From Podarcis bocagei (Eukaryota), in assembly GCA_964188305.1 (NCBI GenBank), contig OZ076886.1: DNA of 64,000 bases; one strand, 5' to 3'. Position numbers and translations under genes: made by a program. Position 1 is the stretch's first letter. Every line of letters begins with the position of its first letter. A model generated the notes under the pieces. The model had not been told where the DNA came from. It saw only the letters and a list, made by a program, of their open reading frames with translations, and searched no databases. Positions 26,278-39,892 of the stretch are shown piece after piece.

Positions 26278-26847
26278 TATGGTCTATCCCCTCTCTAGGA
26301 CCAGCATGTAATAAGCCACTGGCTACCTGGGACAAGTCTGCTTTACAGCAAACTAAGGACACAATTGCCTCCATCGCCATTGCTTAGGCTTGAACATCAG
26401 CACATAGCAATGTCCGATTGCATTCACTGCAAGTTTTTCCTCCACTTGTGCCCAAGCCATCTCCTTGCCTGCTTCCTTATTCTCAGCTCCAGGGTATAGC
26501 ATTTATAGAAAAGTAGGGTATAAAAACAGTAATTAAATACCTTAAAGGGCACTTTGAAGCACAGCCTATACCTGAACCAGAAGGTGAAGAGCAAAAGTCT
26601 ATGAAGACTTCATAAGCTGGGGCCTTAAATCACACATGCCAGGGCCCAAAGAACCATGGCACTAGTTTCATGAGCTGGAGGGGCATGGGACTGTTAAAAC
26701 ATTTTTTCCTTAAGCAGTAGCCACCTGTACACAATAGTAAACTCACTTGCAAACTGAGAGAACCTTTCACAAGCACTTTCTTCCATGGCATGGAGAATAG
26801 CTGTTAAAGTATGGGGTATAAGAATGGTGCTAGGAAAGTCTGTTGGC

Positions 26848-26897
<50 letters not shown>

Positions 26898-26950
26898 TTT
26901 TATTTATATCCCGCCCTCCCCAGCCGAAGCCGGGCTCAGAGCGGCTAACA
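26848..26950 (-). mobile_element. LINE 3' tail fragment with (ATA)n microsatellite
   Basis: (ATA)n followed by TTTATATCCCGCCCTCCCCAGC...CTCAGAGCGGCT. Confidence 0.6.
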
Positions 26951-27213
26951 AAATGTATAACACATTAACATAAAATCAGACAATCATCCTCAAATCAGAT
27001 CTGGATCAGAATAAAATCCAATCAGATGGCAACCTGCAGATTAGGGTTGGGGACCTTAAATGCTCACCAGGCCCAACTGTTTGTGCTGAACTTATATGGG
27101 CATTGCCAGCCTCAGTAGCTGGCAAGATTTGAGCCACAGATCACAATTTAGACGATGTGGGGTTTTTTGTTAAAAGTAGCACAGTAGAGAACACAGTGAT
27201 GTTGTTAGACTGT

Positions 27214-27233
27214 TGCTGCCATCTGCTGGGTAA
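27214..27233 (-). promoter_or_regulatory. CTCF-like motif (CCCAGCAGATGGCAGCA) between ARHGEF3 and TASOR
   Basis: Close match to the CTCF core CCASYAGRKGGCR on the minus strand. Confidence 0.55.
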
Positions 27234-27253
27234 AATGTAAGTGATCTCCGGTA

Positions 27254-27698
27254 CAGTTATACCTCTGGTTACAAACTTACAGTGGTGCCTCGGGTTACAT
27301 ACGCTTCAGGTTACATACGCTTCAGGTTACACACTCCGCTAACCCAGAAATAGTGCTTCAGGTTAAGAACTTTGCTTCAAGAGAAGAACAGAAATCGGGC
27401 TCCGGCGGCAGCAGGAGGCCCCATTAGCTAAAGTGGTGCTTCAGGTTAAGAACAGTTTCAGGTTAAGAACGGACCTCCGGAACGAATTAAATACTTAACC
27501 TGAGGTACCACTGTAATTCATTCCGGAGGTCCGTTCTTAACCTGAAACCATTCTTAACCTGAGGTACCACTTTAGCTAATGGGTCCTCCTACTGTGCTGC
27601 GCCGCCAGCACACAATTTCTGTTCTCATCCTGGGGCAAAATTCTTAACCCGAGGTACTACTTCCGGGTTAACGGAGTCTGTAACCCAATGTACCACTG
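27254..27698. mobile_element. Family A MITE (27254-27698) with a second family A copy (27280-27513) nested in opposite orientation
   Basis: Inner copy flanked by TA at 27278-79 and 27514-15. Removing it restores ...ACTTAATTCATTCCGGAGGTCC, the family consensus. Confidence 0.9.
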
Positions 27699-28514
27699 TA
27701 CTACAACTAAGCTTCATTAACATGTTACCCTGAATTTTTAATAGCACAAAACAAGCGCAAAACTTTGCTATCAATCTGGAGGGGATCAAAAAATTCAGGG
27801 TTACATATTAATGTAAACTAGTAGCTTATTCTACTAATGTTCAAAATGAGCTATACACAATGATTAAAATCTAAAGAGCCATTTTACATTGATTTTCTAC
27901 ACACACCCCCCCCAGATATTTTACAGTGAAATATGTAACTAGGAAAAAGTAAAATGTAACTATGAAGAAAATGTTATTAGAATACATTGAAAAGCCTATC
28001 GTGTCCAACATTCTGTTCTCACAGTGGCCCGCCAGATGCCTATGAAAGTAGACACAAGCAGGACATGTGAAACCAACACGTGATCCCTATCAACTGGTAT
28101 GCAGATGCATACTTTGTCTCATTTGGGAAGGTAAGCAGTTAGAAGACATACAATTTGTGACTAATAACCACGTACAGAGTAATCCATGGGAAAAATGCTA
28201 ATCGCTTTTTTAAGCCACCCAAGTTGGTGACCATCACTGTATCTTGTGACTGTGAATATTGTAGTTAAACTATGTGCAGTGTGAAGAAGTATTTGCCCAG
28301 TGGGGTGGATGACATTCTTGTTAGGGATGACTTCCCCCTACTGGAGAAAGGCAGGGTCAAAGTACTGTAGATAATAAGCTGTGGTTCTAAATGGACCAGC
28401 AAGCCACTTTGAGGGGAGAAGGAAGAACTGAAGATGGTGTTAGAGCTGGACCCAGACTATCTGGACACTTTGAGGTACTGTTGGGGTTGACCCTTTTTAG
28501 CAAGCTAAGATATA

Positions 28515-28760
28515 CAGTGGTACCTTTGGTTGTGAACGGGATCCGTTCTGGAGGCCCATTCGCAACATGAGCAGAACGCAACCCACGTCTGCGCATGTCA
28601 CAATTTGCCACTTCTGCATGTGTGTGTGATGTCATTTTGCGCATCTGCGCATGCGCAAGTGGCAAAACCTGGAAGTAACCCTTTCTGGTCCTTCCGGGTC
28701 ACCATGGGACGCAACCTGAAAACGCTCAACTTGAAGCAAATGTAACATGAGGTATGACTG
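28515..28760. mobile_element. Tc1/mariner MITE, family B
   Basis: CAGTGGTACCT...AGGTATGACTG termini, TA TSD. Confidence 0.85.
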
Positions 28761-29040
28761 TAATTATGTGTAAGAACCAACATATTTGCATATGCTGCTT
28801 TTCTTTTGTAAAATAAACTTTACAATTATTTTAAGCTGGTCCATTAGTGTCAGTTGATGGCTGGACTCCAAAAATGTAGGGTGGTAAGATTCCTGCTGAA
28901 AGGTACTGTGGCTACATTTTATACTGTCTTGCCACATGACCTTACAGTACTAACGAGATGAGCCCTACATCATATATCCCAGGCATATATGATGTACAGG
29001 GTATAATAATAACTGGGGCAACCCAATCAAATGTACAGGG

Positions 29041-29088
<48 letters not shown>

Positions 29089-29237
29089 CAGCAGCAGCAG
29101 TAGCACCCTTATGTAGTTTGCCAATGTCTGGCAACTTGCAAGCTTCCAGACAAAAATAAAACCATTTATTTATGAAGCACTTGATCTTGATGATTATTAC
29201 ACCACGGAAAGTAATGCCAATTATGTGACAGCAAAAA

Positions 29238-29384
29238 CAGTGGCGTAGCGTGGGGGGTGCAGGGGGGGCCGGCCGCACTGGGCGCAACATCTGGGGGTTA
29301 GGGTTGGGGGGTGCAAATCCACGGGTTAGGGGGCGCAAATTACTTGCCTTGCCCCGGGTGTTGACAACCCATGCTACACCACTG
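29238..29384. mobile_element. hAT-like MITE
   Basis: TIRs CAGTGGCGTAGC/GCTACACCACTG; 8-bp TSD AGCAAAAA/CGCAAAAA (7/8). Confidence 0.8.
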
Positions 29385-30439
29385 CGCAAAAAAGGAGTAT
29401 GCAGATGAGGAACGCAGAACATCTTATCCTCAATTTCCAGAAACAGAAGAGGGTTTAGATGGGAGAGAAGCTGCATGGCAGTAAGCAGGTTCTGCACGCT
29501 TCATCTGCGGGTATCCTTTGCTTGACACCCCCTGCTTTCCAAGTGACTGGGACAGATCCAGCACATGGAACTGCTGGCATTATATCTACTTTAGTCCTCA
29601 GAGGTAATTTCTAGACTACCTTCCCAAGAAAGCTGGAGTCGAATTCTCATGGAGAAAGCTTAATTAGCCAAAACATAAATTGCCACAGTCCTAGATAATT
29701 GAACCACACTTTCTGTAATGAATATGTCTAGAGATGGTTTTTTATGTCGATTAGTGCTATAAACTCTGATTATCCTATTTAAGCATTATTGGCTCCCCTC
29801 AGATTTCTAACTAGTGAGTAATAATAATTATTAGCTTGTCTCTCAAAGCTGCAAAGCCAAATGATTTCTCTGCTGTAATATCATCTTCCTACTTACAGAA
29901 AATGCAGACTAAAGCACATGGGAGTATATACAAGTAATCAGCAAGCAACAAATGGGTTGGAGGTGTATCTCTAATATTGTTCTATTTCCCATTTAATGTA
30001 CTCACATTACTATAATTTAAATATTATGGTTCTTCATTTTGGATGCATTCTGAGCAACTAATGGTGTGCAGATTTGGGTCTATACATGTACCGATGAGTT
30101 TGTTTTATAAATGTTTGATCAGTTTCTTCCCTGCCCTGTTGATTTAAAATTGTTGCCATGCTACCACATCCACAAGATTAAATGTCATTTTAATTTAGAA
30201 CCATTGCCATCTCCAGTTCAATTCTTGCAAATAGTAATGCAGGATGGAATCCACACCTGGACTTTTAATGGACACAACAGTAAACCACAGTTTAAAATAA
30301 ACTATGGTTTAATGTGGGCATTTGCTTCGTTGCTTCCCCACTCATATGTCAGGTGGGAGAAGAAAAAAGTCAAAGTCGGAATTATTGTGAAACAGCGAAC
30401 TTTAAAGATACCTCTTCACAATGGATTTATTTTATAACT

Positions 30440-31460
30440 AAGGACTTTGCCTGAAGGAAGATGGAGAGTAACAAGCTTGAGGGACTTTTGAGGGATTTTG
30501 ACCACCCCTTGGAACTTCATATTGTTAAATAAAAATAGTAAAGAAGAAAAGATTGGTAAGAACTGGATTGACTGTATGTCAAGCACTCGGAAGAGAATAG
30601 TCTGTGGAGCTGGATGTAATGGAACTGAGGAATGGCAGGATGGACTGCAGGAAGATTTATTAGTTTAGGGGGGAGGAAGGAGAGGAGATATGGATTTTGT
30701 TGAGATTACATCAGCCCACCCCCATGAAGCTGGAAATAAGAACAGTGAAAGGGACGGGATGGACCACAGTGCACACAATCTTGAAGGCTTCTGAGACTTT
30801 CAGACAGAAAAGAATAGATATGGATTGTGTTTATTTATGAATAAGATGGTTGTATGTAAAATTGAGGATTAAATTTGGCAAAATGTGAAGGGTGGGAGAT
30901 TGTAGTGTTTTTTGGGGGGTATATTATATATTTTTACAAGAAATTCTAGGGGTTTCATTTTCACCCTCTGCATGCACCAGTGTGGCTGAGTTGTTGATTA
31001 CAGGAGCCAGATGTCAGACAGCAATGCTCAAGGCAATGTTAGGGAGGAATGTGTGTATGTTGTCTGGGAGGAAGTAAGGTCTCTTTTTCTTAGGCAAAGT
31101 GTTGCTCAAGACGTATCAGAAGGAAATATTTGAAAATTGATGAACGACTATTATAGATAAAAGAGGATTTACTCTACTCAATTATTTTGAGGACAGGTTT
31201 ATAACAATGTATAAAAGCCATAACAGAAATTGGTAATTGAAAAGGTGATGTGTAGGGAGAAGAGATGAATGTATTTTGAAACAATAGTTGGAAAAGTTAT
31301 TTTATTGGGAGCAGCAAGGGAGGGAGGAAAATAGAGGGGACATCTGGGGTGGGAAGTAAGCTTTTAAATTTGTATTGAATTTGCATTAATGTGGTGACAA
31401 TTTGTTAAAAATAATGGAAAAGCAATAAAAATAATTGACAAATAAATAAAAAAATAAGGA
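30440..31460 (+). mobile_element. Heavily decayed L1-like LINE remnant with A-rich tail
   Basis: Purine-rich + strand, G-rich 3' segment, AATAAA and A-rich tail near 31420-31458; no intact ORF. Confidence 0.4.
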
Positions 31461-32255
31461 GGCTGCAAAGAACCACATCCAAAGCAATGTTTCTTATACA
31501 TTTCAAAGATGACATACATGATATTTAAACAACCAACAACTTTCCCATAAAAATTACAACCAATCAGACTAGCCCCCTGCTCTTTTGACTAGCCCACCCC
31601 AACCTTCTCATTATAATATGTGATCAGGCATTGCCATCCTTCAATGCCTGATTTAATTAATTTCTGATTATTCTGTTCTTTACCTGTCTACAACAAAAAT
31701 CTATTCTTAATCAGCCATTATTAATATATAACCCTAAGTTAAATTCAACGATACTGCTCTGCCTAGCCAAACTCCTTTCATGTATTCTCAGTTGTTCATT
31801 CCTTCACATTAGAATACAAGATGTACTTGAAACATTTTTTTTTCTACTGGGGGGTTGGTGAGAGTTTATACACGGATTGCTAAGCAACACTGCTAATATC
31901 ATATGTGGAGCTTTAGCAAATAACAGAGAGAAAAGGGGAGATAGGAAATTCTCAATTCTTAGGTCTGCTAGTATAGAGTTTAGTCATCTTTAGGTGCTGG
32001 GAAGGTACAACATTCAAACCCATCACAGAACCATTTTCTGCTTCACATAAGATTGTGCAAATGGCCCAAGAAAATGATAACAATTAGTACAGCACCGCAG
32101 AACATGTGCAAAACTCTTTGGCAATGTCAACAGCATACCACAGATCTGGAAGTTGGGAGCTGATTTTCTATATGAGGTGCAGTGGTATTCAGGTAGGTCT
32201 GAATGTTGGCCTTTTCCTGTTACAAGAAGGTTTGCTAACCTGTGGCCTTTCAGTT

Positions 32256-32337
32256 AGAATCATAGAATCATAGAATCATAGAGTTGGAAGAGACCACAAG
32301 GGCCATCGAGTCCAACCCCCTGCCAAGCAGGAAACAC
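32256..32337 (-). mobile_element. 5'-truncated CR1 insertion with (ATTCTATG)n tail
   Basis: (CATAGAAT)n then GAGTTGGAAGAGACCACAAGGGCCATCGAGTCCAACCCC; 5-bp TSD CAGTT. Confidence 0.8.
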
Positions 32338-33829
32338 CAGTTTCTGAATTCTAACTCCTATCATCCTGACCACTGACTATGCTGTAAAGGGCTGGTAGGA
32401 ATTGGAGGCCAGCAGGATACTCTTCCTTGCCAAGCCTGTGAACCACTCTGAGACCTCTGGGTATAGGGCGGTATATAAATTCAATCAATCAATCAATCAA
32501 GCAAGCAAGCCAACCTCCTTCCTTTCATCTCTGAACTGGTTCTGCGAAACAGTACCAGCATAGTAACATGTGAATGCTATCCGAAAGCTGTCAGGTATCT
32601 CTGAAGATGAGCTTCTCATGAGTACAAATGCAGAGGACGGTTGAACTTTCCACCATATCCCATCAATTATGCTGGGTCAAACATACTTTTGCTGTATATC
32701 TTCTCAGTTAGGAGTCTGCAGTATAATTTGTGCATTTTTATAGTAGGGTATTCTGCTAGCAAATAAAACAAAACATTCCAAAGCAGGTTCATGTCACTCT
32801 ACCCTGTTGCTCTTATCATTTTCTGTGTACAGTACATGTTTTCCTTTCTCCCATGACATGTCATGATAGTGTCAGAAGAGCAGTCTTTTTTTTTTCTGGC
32901 AGGGCTTTTGTACTTTTAGTAACTGAATGATATACTTTTAGTAACTGAATGATATACAATTAAATCTATTGGAAACAACTTTTGGCTACAGTAGCTGCAC
33001 TAATTCCTTTATCCAAGGCAGATAAGCAATGCAAGGGGAAGGTAGTTGTGTGGCCATCAAACTGCAAGTTCATAGAAAGATATTTTCCTCTCTGAAGAGT
33101 TAGGGAATGAGATCCCACAGAGACCCATACTATTGCTGTTTCTTCTTGATTTAGGTCTTGCATGATAACCAGTTCAACTATGTTTTGAGGTGCAGGCACA
33201 ATCTAATCCCTTTGAAATCTCGAGCTGATTTGGATAAAGTTACACAAAGCTTCACTGGGGTAAAAAGTGCAAGGGACTTCATACAAGTCAACTTAGAACA
33301 AAACTCCTGCCTTCAACCATCCGGCCTAACTGTTGGTTTGGGGCCAGGAGAGGTGCGGAGGGAGCAGTGGAATTATAATTACATTTAGGCATTTTGTGAA
33401 CTAGAAATCCAGTAAGTGGAAATGAACAAAAAATGCACTCTGAATGTTTTGTTAAGATATGTAGTATCTAAAAGCCCACTGGGACAGGGGATTAGAGCTC
33501 AAAACATAAAAATAAAACAAAAAAACAAAAAGGGAGGCATAGTCTAAAAGCCTGAGGACAACTACTTTGAGATATTTTGTATGCAATGCAGATCTTCCTG
33601 AGCATTTTGATAAGTTTTACGGTTGTAGCAACTTGCTTGAAGAGAAAACATGTTTTACCCTAGCTAGGGAGCTGAACCAGCAGAGCAAGAGCACATCCCT
33701 TGTGTTTCCTTTTCCCTTCTGCAGGAAAAGGGCTGTGTGGAAGGAAAAACCGAAATGCCACCAACATTTCCTGTTACAGTTCTTGATAATAAGCACAGAA
33801 AAGCAAAACTTAATTGAAAGATGCTTCAT

Positions 33830-35350
33830 ATCCGACAGTAGTGGGGAAGACGGCGGGTGTCCTTCAGGTCCCGTCCTGTGCAGGATAACGAGGAAGACAA
33901 CTTTGTGCGCGTGTAGTCTTGCTTTTAAAAGCATGGAGCCCCTGAAAAGGCGCCGTTCTTCCTCACCAAGGAAGGCCGGGCCACTATATTCCAGCTAGTA
34001 AGAGGAGGGAAAGGGAAGAAACTGAATACATGTTTTTGCTTGTGCACCGTACAGAATGTAACGTTGAGGCAAGGGCGCCTCGAAAGAGGCCTGAGCGCTC
34101 CAACTCAACACACTCCTCGAGACCTTTCGGGCCATTTTCGCAGCAAGCCCAAAGGCGGGCCTTCGCGCATTTATAAGCGGCGGCGCTGTGCACCGGTTGG
34201 CTGCAAGTGAAGGGGAACAAGCTCCTCCTCTTTCCTGACGCCTCACCGCCATGTTAGAACGAAGGGGAGGGAGAGAGGAAGGAGGAGTGTCTGTGCTTTG
34301 TATGGGAGGGGGCGGCGGCAGTGGCGGCGGAGTCGTGCATGGCTTTGAGGAAGGGGCGGCTCATTGGCGGGACAAAGATCGCCAGCGCGGTGTAGCAGTG
34401 CGGGCGGCTTCATGGCGGAGGCCGCGGCCATGAGCGGCCGCGGCGAGCGAGTGCCAGAGCAGCCTCAGCGGGCGGAGAACAGCAGCGGCCTCTCCGGCGG
34501 GGAGAACCGAGCTGCAGCCGCCGACGCGGAGAACTCCACACAAAATGGCGGCCGCCCTGAGAGGAGCAGGAGCGACGAGGAGCCGCCGTTCGGGGCCGCC
34601 GGCGAGGGCAGGGGATCCCCGCGCGGGGACCACCGCAAGGGCAGCGGCCCCGAGGCCCCCGAGCAGCAGCCTCAGTATAGCGATGGGCTCCCCAGAGCCT
34701 CCGAAGACAACATGCCCCTTAAGAAAAACTTTCAGATCCCCAGGAAGAGCAAAGAAAAGAAAGGTGGTTCCCTCGCATCGCATCCCTCCCCCGCACCCTC
34801 CCTCCAGCCCCAATTCCTCCCTTCTCCCGTTTCTCGCTCCACGTAGCCACATTCGCGACACAGCTGAATGCGAGGAGCCTCTCGCAGCCGCGCTTAAGGT
34901 GGTTGGCACGGTTGAGAGAACCTTCTTCTCCCCTTCCGAAGGTGGGGGGTGGGGAGAGAGAGAGAGGTGCGTTTGGAAAACAAATACCCCCCCAAAAAAA
35001 CCCAACTCGTTTTGTTTTGAGATGGCCGCTTTAGAAGAGGCTGGATACGGGCGTGGTGGGTTTTTTTGGCCGAAGGGGGTGTGTGGGCATCATCCGCGCC
35101 AGCTCGCAGAGAAGATGGTTCTCTGGAAGGGCACGCGGGAAAATGGCTCGCCGACTTTGCGCGCTCTGCAGCAGAGGAGAGAGGAGCATCATCCCTCCTG
35201 CAGGGTAGGCTGGCTGGGGGGCGCTTACTTCGGCGAAGTTCTCTTTTTCCGCCCCTGATGAAAGCCGTCTATACCGCCCCCGCGTTCTAGGAGGGAAGCG
35301 GATGCGAGCATGTCGTGCCCTGGCGAGGAAGCGCTATTGCTGCTGCGCTA
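33830..35350. promoter_or_regulatory. CpG-island promoter of TASOR, with YY1-like motifs and an inverted CCAAT box
   Basis: Sharp rise in GC and CpG over exon 1. YY1-type CGCCATGTT (34247), GCCATTTT (34131), AAAATGGCGGC (34542); ATTGG at 34363. Confidence 0.85.
34412..34763 (+). CDS. TASOR: TASOR (FAM208A) exon 1 (MAEAAAMSG...KKNFQIPRKSKEKK)
   Basis: ATG in TTCATGG context; conserved FQIPRKS(K/R)EKK motif; donor G|GTGGTT, phase 1. Confidence 0.9.
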
Positions 35351-38300
35351 GTCCCTTTGGTTCGACTGATCTTCTGTATACAGTATGCAGCATCTTATAA
35401 CGTTTGCCTTTTGTGGCAAAAATGCTTCCTTCTTGTTTCTCTTCACCTAGCTTTTCCTTAATGAACCTCCTTTGGATCATTTCCTTCAGAAATGCTCTCA
35501 TTCTTTTAATCTTTAATCTTTTTCAAGAGGCTGCCGTTAGTGTACTTCACACTTTCCATCCTTCAAGAAGAGTTTAATTTGAGCAATGCAAACATAAAAC
35601 GTATTTTGTAACAAGAAGGTCAAGGTAGGTTGGTTTGGCCCCTTCCTGAAGGTTACAGCTATAGTCTGCAGTTGAAGAAGACTCAAGCGTCCTGGAAGGT
35701 TGAAGAACTTTCCTAATTATTTGATGGCACATGGCCTAGGTTTGTCTAAACTTGTGATCAAAAAATACTACATAGACCCAAGACAATGAACAGTGTCCAA
35801 TGTTCTTATGAGCATTTCTAGGATACAGTGTGAACTAAAAATGTTAAGTTAGAAGAGATGCAACTGCTGCCAAAGTATCTGGTTCTAGGCCTTTGTTGCA
35901 TGTACGTTTTTAATAGAATGTAAAGTGATACATTAACCACTAGGTTCCTAAAGATAGCTTTAACATGGCAACATAAGTGTGATGGACTCACGTGCCCTTG
36001 CACTGCATTGCACACTGTTGCAGGTGGTATATATGGTTCTTCTCACCATTTTACCCTCACAGCAACCCTGTGAAGTAGGTTAGGTTGAGGCAGTTAATGG
36101 CCTATGGCCACCTAGTGAACTTCATAGCTCAGTGGAAATTTGAACTTTGGCCTCTGTGGTCCTACACTGACTCCATGCCTCGCAATGGTAAATTCTGTCT
36201 AAATTTACTCATGAACTTGCTGCTCATTTTGGAACTTCCTAGTGCAGTTGCAATTCTTAAGGAGCCTCTTGCAAATCATTCCAATTGTTTTGCATTGCTC
36301 CAGTAATTCTGAATGATCTCTTGAGCACTCTTATGCTCTTCTGTCCATGATACCTGAATGGTTACTGTGTATAAGGTGCAGTTATTTCAGTCCTGAAAAT
36401 GTGTGAACACAATATTGATATACCTACTGGAAGCCAAGATGTTCCACAAACTTAATTAAGATAGAATTTTAGAATCTTAATTTAACCTGAAAAATAGAAG
36501 AAATTCCTGCTCTGGGTGTCGTCTTAGACAGCAGCATAGGCTTAATAAACAATAGGTGGAACATGATATCGTGGGAACCATACTGTCCAGAGAATTGTGG
36601 AAAACATTTGACTCAAAAAGAGCAAAGCAATGAAGGAACTAATAGAAGGATTATGTAATTAGCCTTTTCCCGAGATTATTTGTGGCGAGTCATAATTCCA
36701 TGGAGACTTTCTTACCACTAATTGAAAGAGATCTCCCCGCCTTGAGGAATGAACTAGAGGGCAGACCATGAAAGAGTTGAAATATGAGGGCCTTCTTAGT
36801 CTGAAAGTTGACACATTAGATCATTTTAACATAATTACCCTTTACCAAGTTTCAGAAGTGCTATCTCAAATTTCATGGTCAGATCTGAGGTTGAGATCTT
36901 CCAGTACTTGGTACTTAAAACTATTCCCCCCCCCCCCAATTTGAGTTTGGAATTCTTGTAGCAGTTCTATGCTGTCTACTTTAAGGAAATCAAATTATTA
37001 ATACACTTCTAGCAGTATTCTATGTACAGGAAGGATTTGTCAAGAGGTTGCAGCAATTGTTTGGAATTCTATTTTGTTCTAGGTTTGGGAACTAGCTTAA
37101 CAATACTGCCTTTCTGTGAAGGAAATATAAAGGTTTGAATAGTATTATCATACCTTACAGATGAAATAAAACTCTTGGTCTCAGTATAGAAACTACTGAA
37201 GCAAAAGTCTATTCGTCCCATAGCACAGTGATGGAGCACTTTGCTTTGTATGCAGAAAGTTCCAGGTTCAATTTACAAGTTGTTGTATTTTGGGCAGGGG
37301 GTGGGTCAGGTAGCTTTAAGGCACAGCAGTTCTGCTAGTCAATAGCAGATGATACTGGGTTAGATGAACAAAGAGCTTGACTTGGAATAAGGAAGCTTCT
37401 TATGTACTAATACGGTTCATATGGCCGACTGGAATACAAGCAAGGTTCTTGCATAAAATATAGGTGAACTGAAAAGTAGCAGAGTCCTGATGGAATCCAG
37501 GAGAATTCTGTATTTGCTATTCAGGTCCTATTCTTTCTGCTTAGTTGTAGGTCCTATTCTTTCTTGAGACCTGGTCTGTAATTCCTGGTCTGTGTGTTGT
37601 CTTTCTGGTTCATACGGCACGTTATTTTCTGTATTCATTCATATAGAGCAAAACCATATAAAAAGTCACTGAGCTCCATTACATTGCTATTGTGCCTGTC
37701 TTCCCTTTGTAAAGAGTCAGTTCCAGTGAAGATTGAAAAATATTTTTTTTAAAAAAATGACTCCGGTTTTAAATAAAAGCCAGCACATCACTTTCTGCTA
37801 CAAGTTCCTAATGGGTTGCAGCCAACAAGGCATCCAAACTGTGGTAAGGCTTCTGCTAGCGGAATTGTCAAGAAAGCCATTTTTGTCATTTCCCCGTTCA
37901 GCAATCCTGCACTCCACGCCCCCCAAATAATAATCATGTGGCACTTTTCTCCTCCACGCCCTTTTTATTGCTCTACCACACTCAGTTAAGCCAAAGTTTG
38001 GTTTAGTAGATCATTCAAACTGGGACTCATGGTTATGTTCTCTGCTTATTAAGTACAGGCTGTAGGCAAAAACAAACATTGGCTACAATTTGATGTTGGT
38101 GAGGAGATAGCTTAACTACAAGCCCTGGTTAACTCAGTACTGTGCATGGTGAACCAAAATGAATCAGGCCAGTGGTCCATCTAATCCAACATCCTGTTCT
38201 CACAGTGACCAACCAGATACCTGTGGAAAACCCACAAGCAGGACATGAGTGCGGGTTCTTCCAAGTGCCCACCTGTAAATCCCATGGGCAGATGTTTGGG

Positions 38301-39207
38301 ACTACAATTCCCATCATCCCTAGCTAACAGGATCAGTGGTCAGGATGATGGGAATTGTAGTCTCAAAACATCTGGAATAGAGACTCCTGAGCAAAAAAAT
38401 GTGTGCCTTTAATTCAGGTATCTTCTCACACTGTTCTAAATTTTCTTAAGAAATAGTGGTTGGAAGACTAAAAGATCCTTAATTTAGAAGTTCTCAGCTT
38501 TCAGTCTTTTCCTCCCCAGCCCTTGGAAGAATAATGTGGCTTGGAGTATGGAGGGGTACTGGAAAAGGAGGCAAATGCTGAAAATTGGGTAGAGGTTTTT
38601 CATGCTACAGGTTTATCACTGAATGTGAAACTTCTACTATAGTTAATGCATTCTACTTACGAAATGTTAAGTATTCTGTAAGTGGTCTTTCAAGAAAAGC
38701 TGTAGGCAGTGCAAACTACCCATTTAGACCTGGAAAAATGGAACTTCTAAAAAATTAAGCAACTAAAATTTCTTATTAAATTTGCAGCTTTATCCTGTGC
38801 AAAAGAAAAAGGAATTGGTTTGAATTTATCTCTACCCTATGCTCTAATGCTTTTCTGTACCTTTAAAGACTCTCTGACAGAGAATTGTCCACTCTTAGAT
38901 GTGCATGGTTTCATAAAATGACCTACAGTCAACTCCTGGTTTGGGCATGTCTGAATGACACGCAGTCATACACATGTGCATGGTGCCAAATCTGGAAGTA
39001 GTCCCAAAACATCATAAAGATGTCATGAAAAGGGGTGGGTCTGAGTGGGCTTATGCGTGCTTTGCTGACACATGCAGGGATCTGGAACAGAACCCCCTTG
39101 CAAAATGAGGATTGCCTGCAGTAACACAGTAGCATTTAATTGCAAGACACACAGGATTTAATAGCAAGACACACAGATTTTGAGATACTTGTTTTCTTTC
39201 TCTGTAG

Positions 39208-39353
39208 CTCTTTTTCAGCCAGTAACAGCAGGATCTCGTGAATTTCAAGAGATTGTGAACATTTTGCATTCATCATATATGGAAAACCATTCAAAGGACA
39301 ATTTCACCTACAAAAAAGCCAGTTTGGTTCATAGTGAACTGTTGGAAAAGGAG
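39208..39353 (+). CDS. TASOR: TASOR exon 2, pseudo-PARP/DUF3715 (ALFQPVTAGSREF...HSELLEKE)
   Basis: Canonical AG/GT, 146 nt, phase 1-0. Confidence 0.95.
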
Positions 39354-39892
39354 GTGAGTACCCAATATTCACATATGAAATAGTACCTGAAGTACACAAA
39401 AACATGTTCGTATTAATACGAACAAAACTCAGTTAAGTTGCAAAGAAGCTTTTGTGGGAGGCAGGGACGAAGAAGGGGTGAGACATATTTAATTTATTTA
39501 TGATTCTGCCTTTTGACTTTTAAAAGAGTTCCAAAGCGGTTTACATTGATGAAACGTACAAATTTATATTAGAATATATAACTGTTGCATGAGTGGCTTT
39601 GCGCTCATGCAGTCTTTGGATCCAAGCTGTTTTCTTTACACTTGTGAACCTTAATGTCTGTTACATCTGTGGTTTCCTACTGTATTTTGCACAGCTCCTT
39701 GTCATTCTACCATGTATAAATAAACAATTTATATATAAACTGCATTCAGTATTTAGTTCACATTTTGACTTTTCTGGTTACTTTGTTTACCTTTCTGTAG
39801 AATTCAGATTTTTGAAATCATAGATCATACAAAGTCATTAAATTATAATGTATGCTAGTTTCTGTTGCTATTAGAATTTTGTCTTTTGAAAG

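Noticed and set aside
16805-29497. Poly-Tyr/poly-Ile ORFs (16805, 26785, 28942, 29027) and the YLFI-repeat ORFs at 1565-1934
   Set aside because: Translations of (AAT)n and (TAAA)n microsatellites.
34361-35290. Long ORFs 34545..35258 (+, 237 aa) and 34361..35005 (-, 214 aa)
   Set aside because: Stop-codon depletion in a GC-rich CpG island overlapping TASOR exon 1; low complexity, no recognisable domain.
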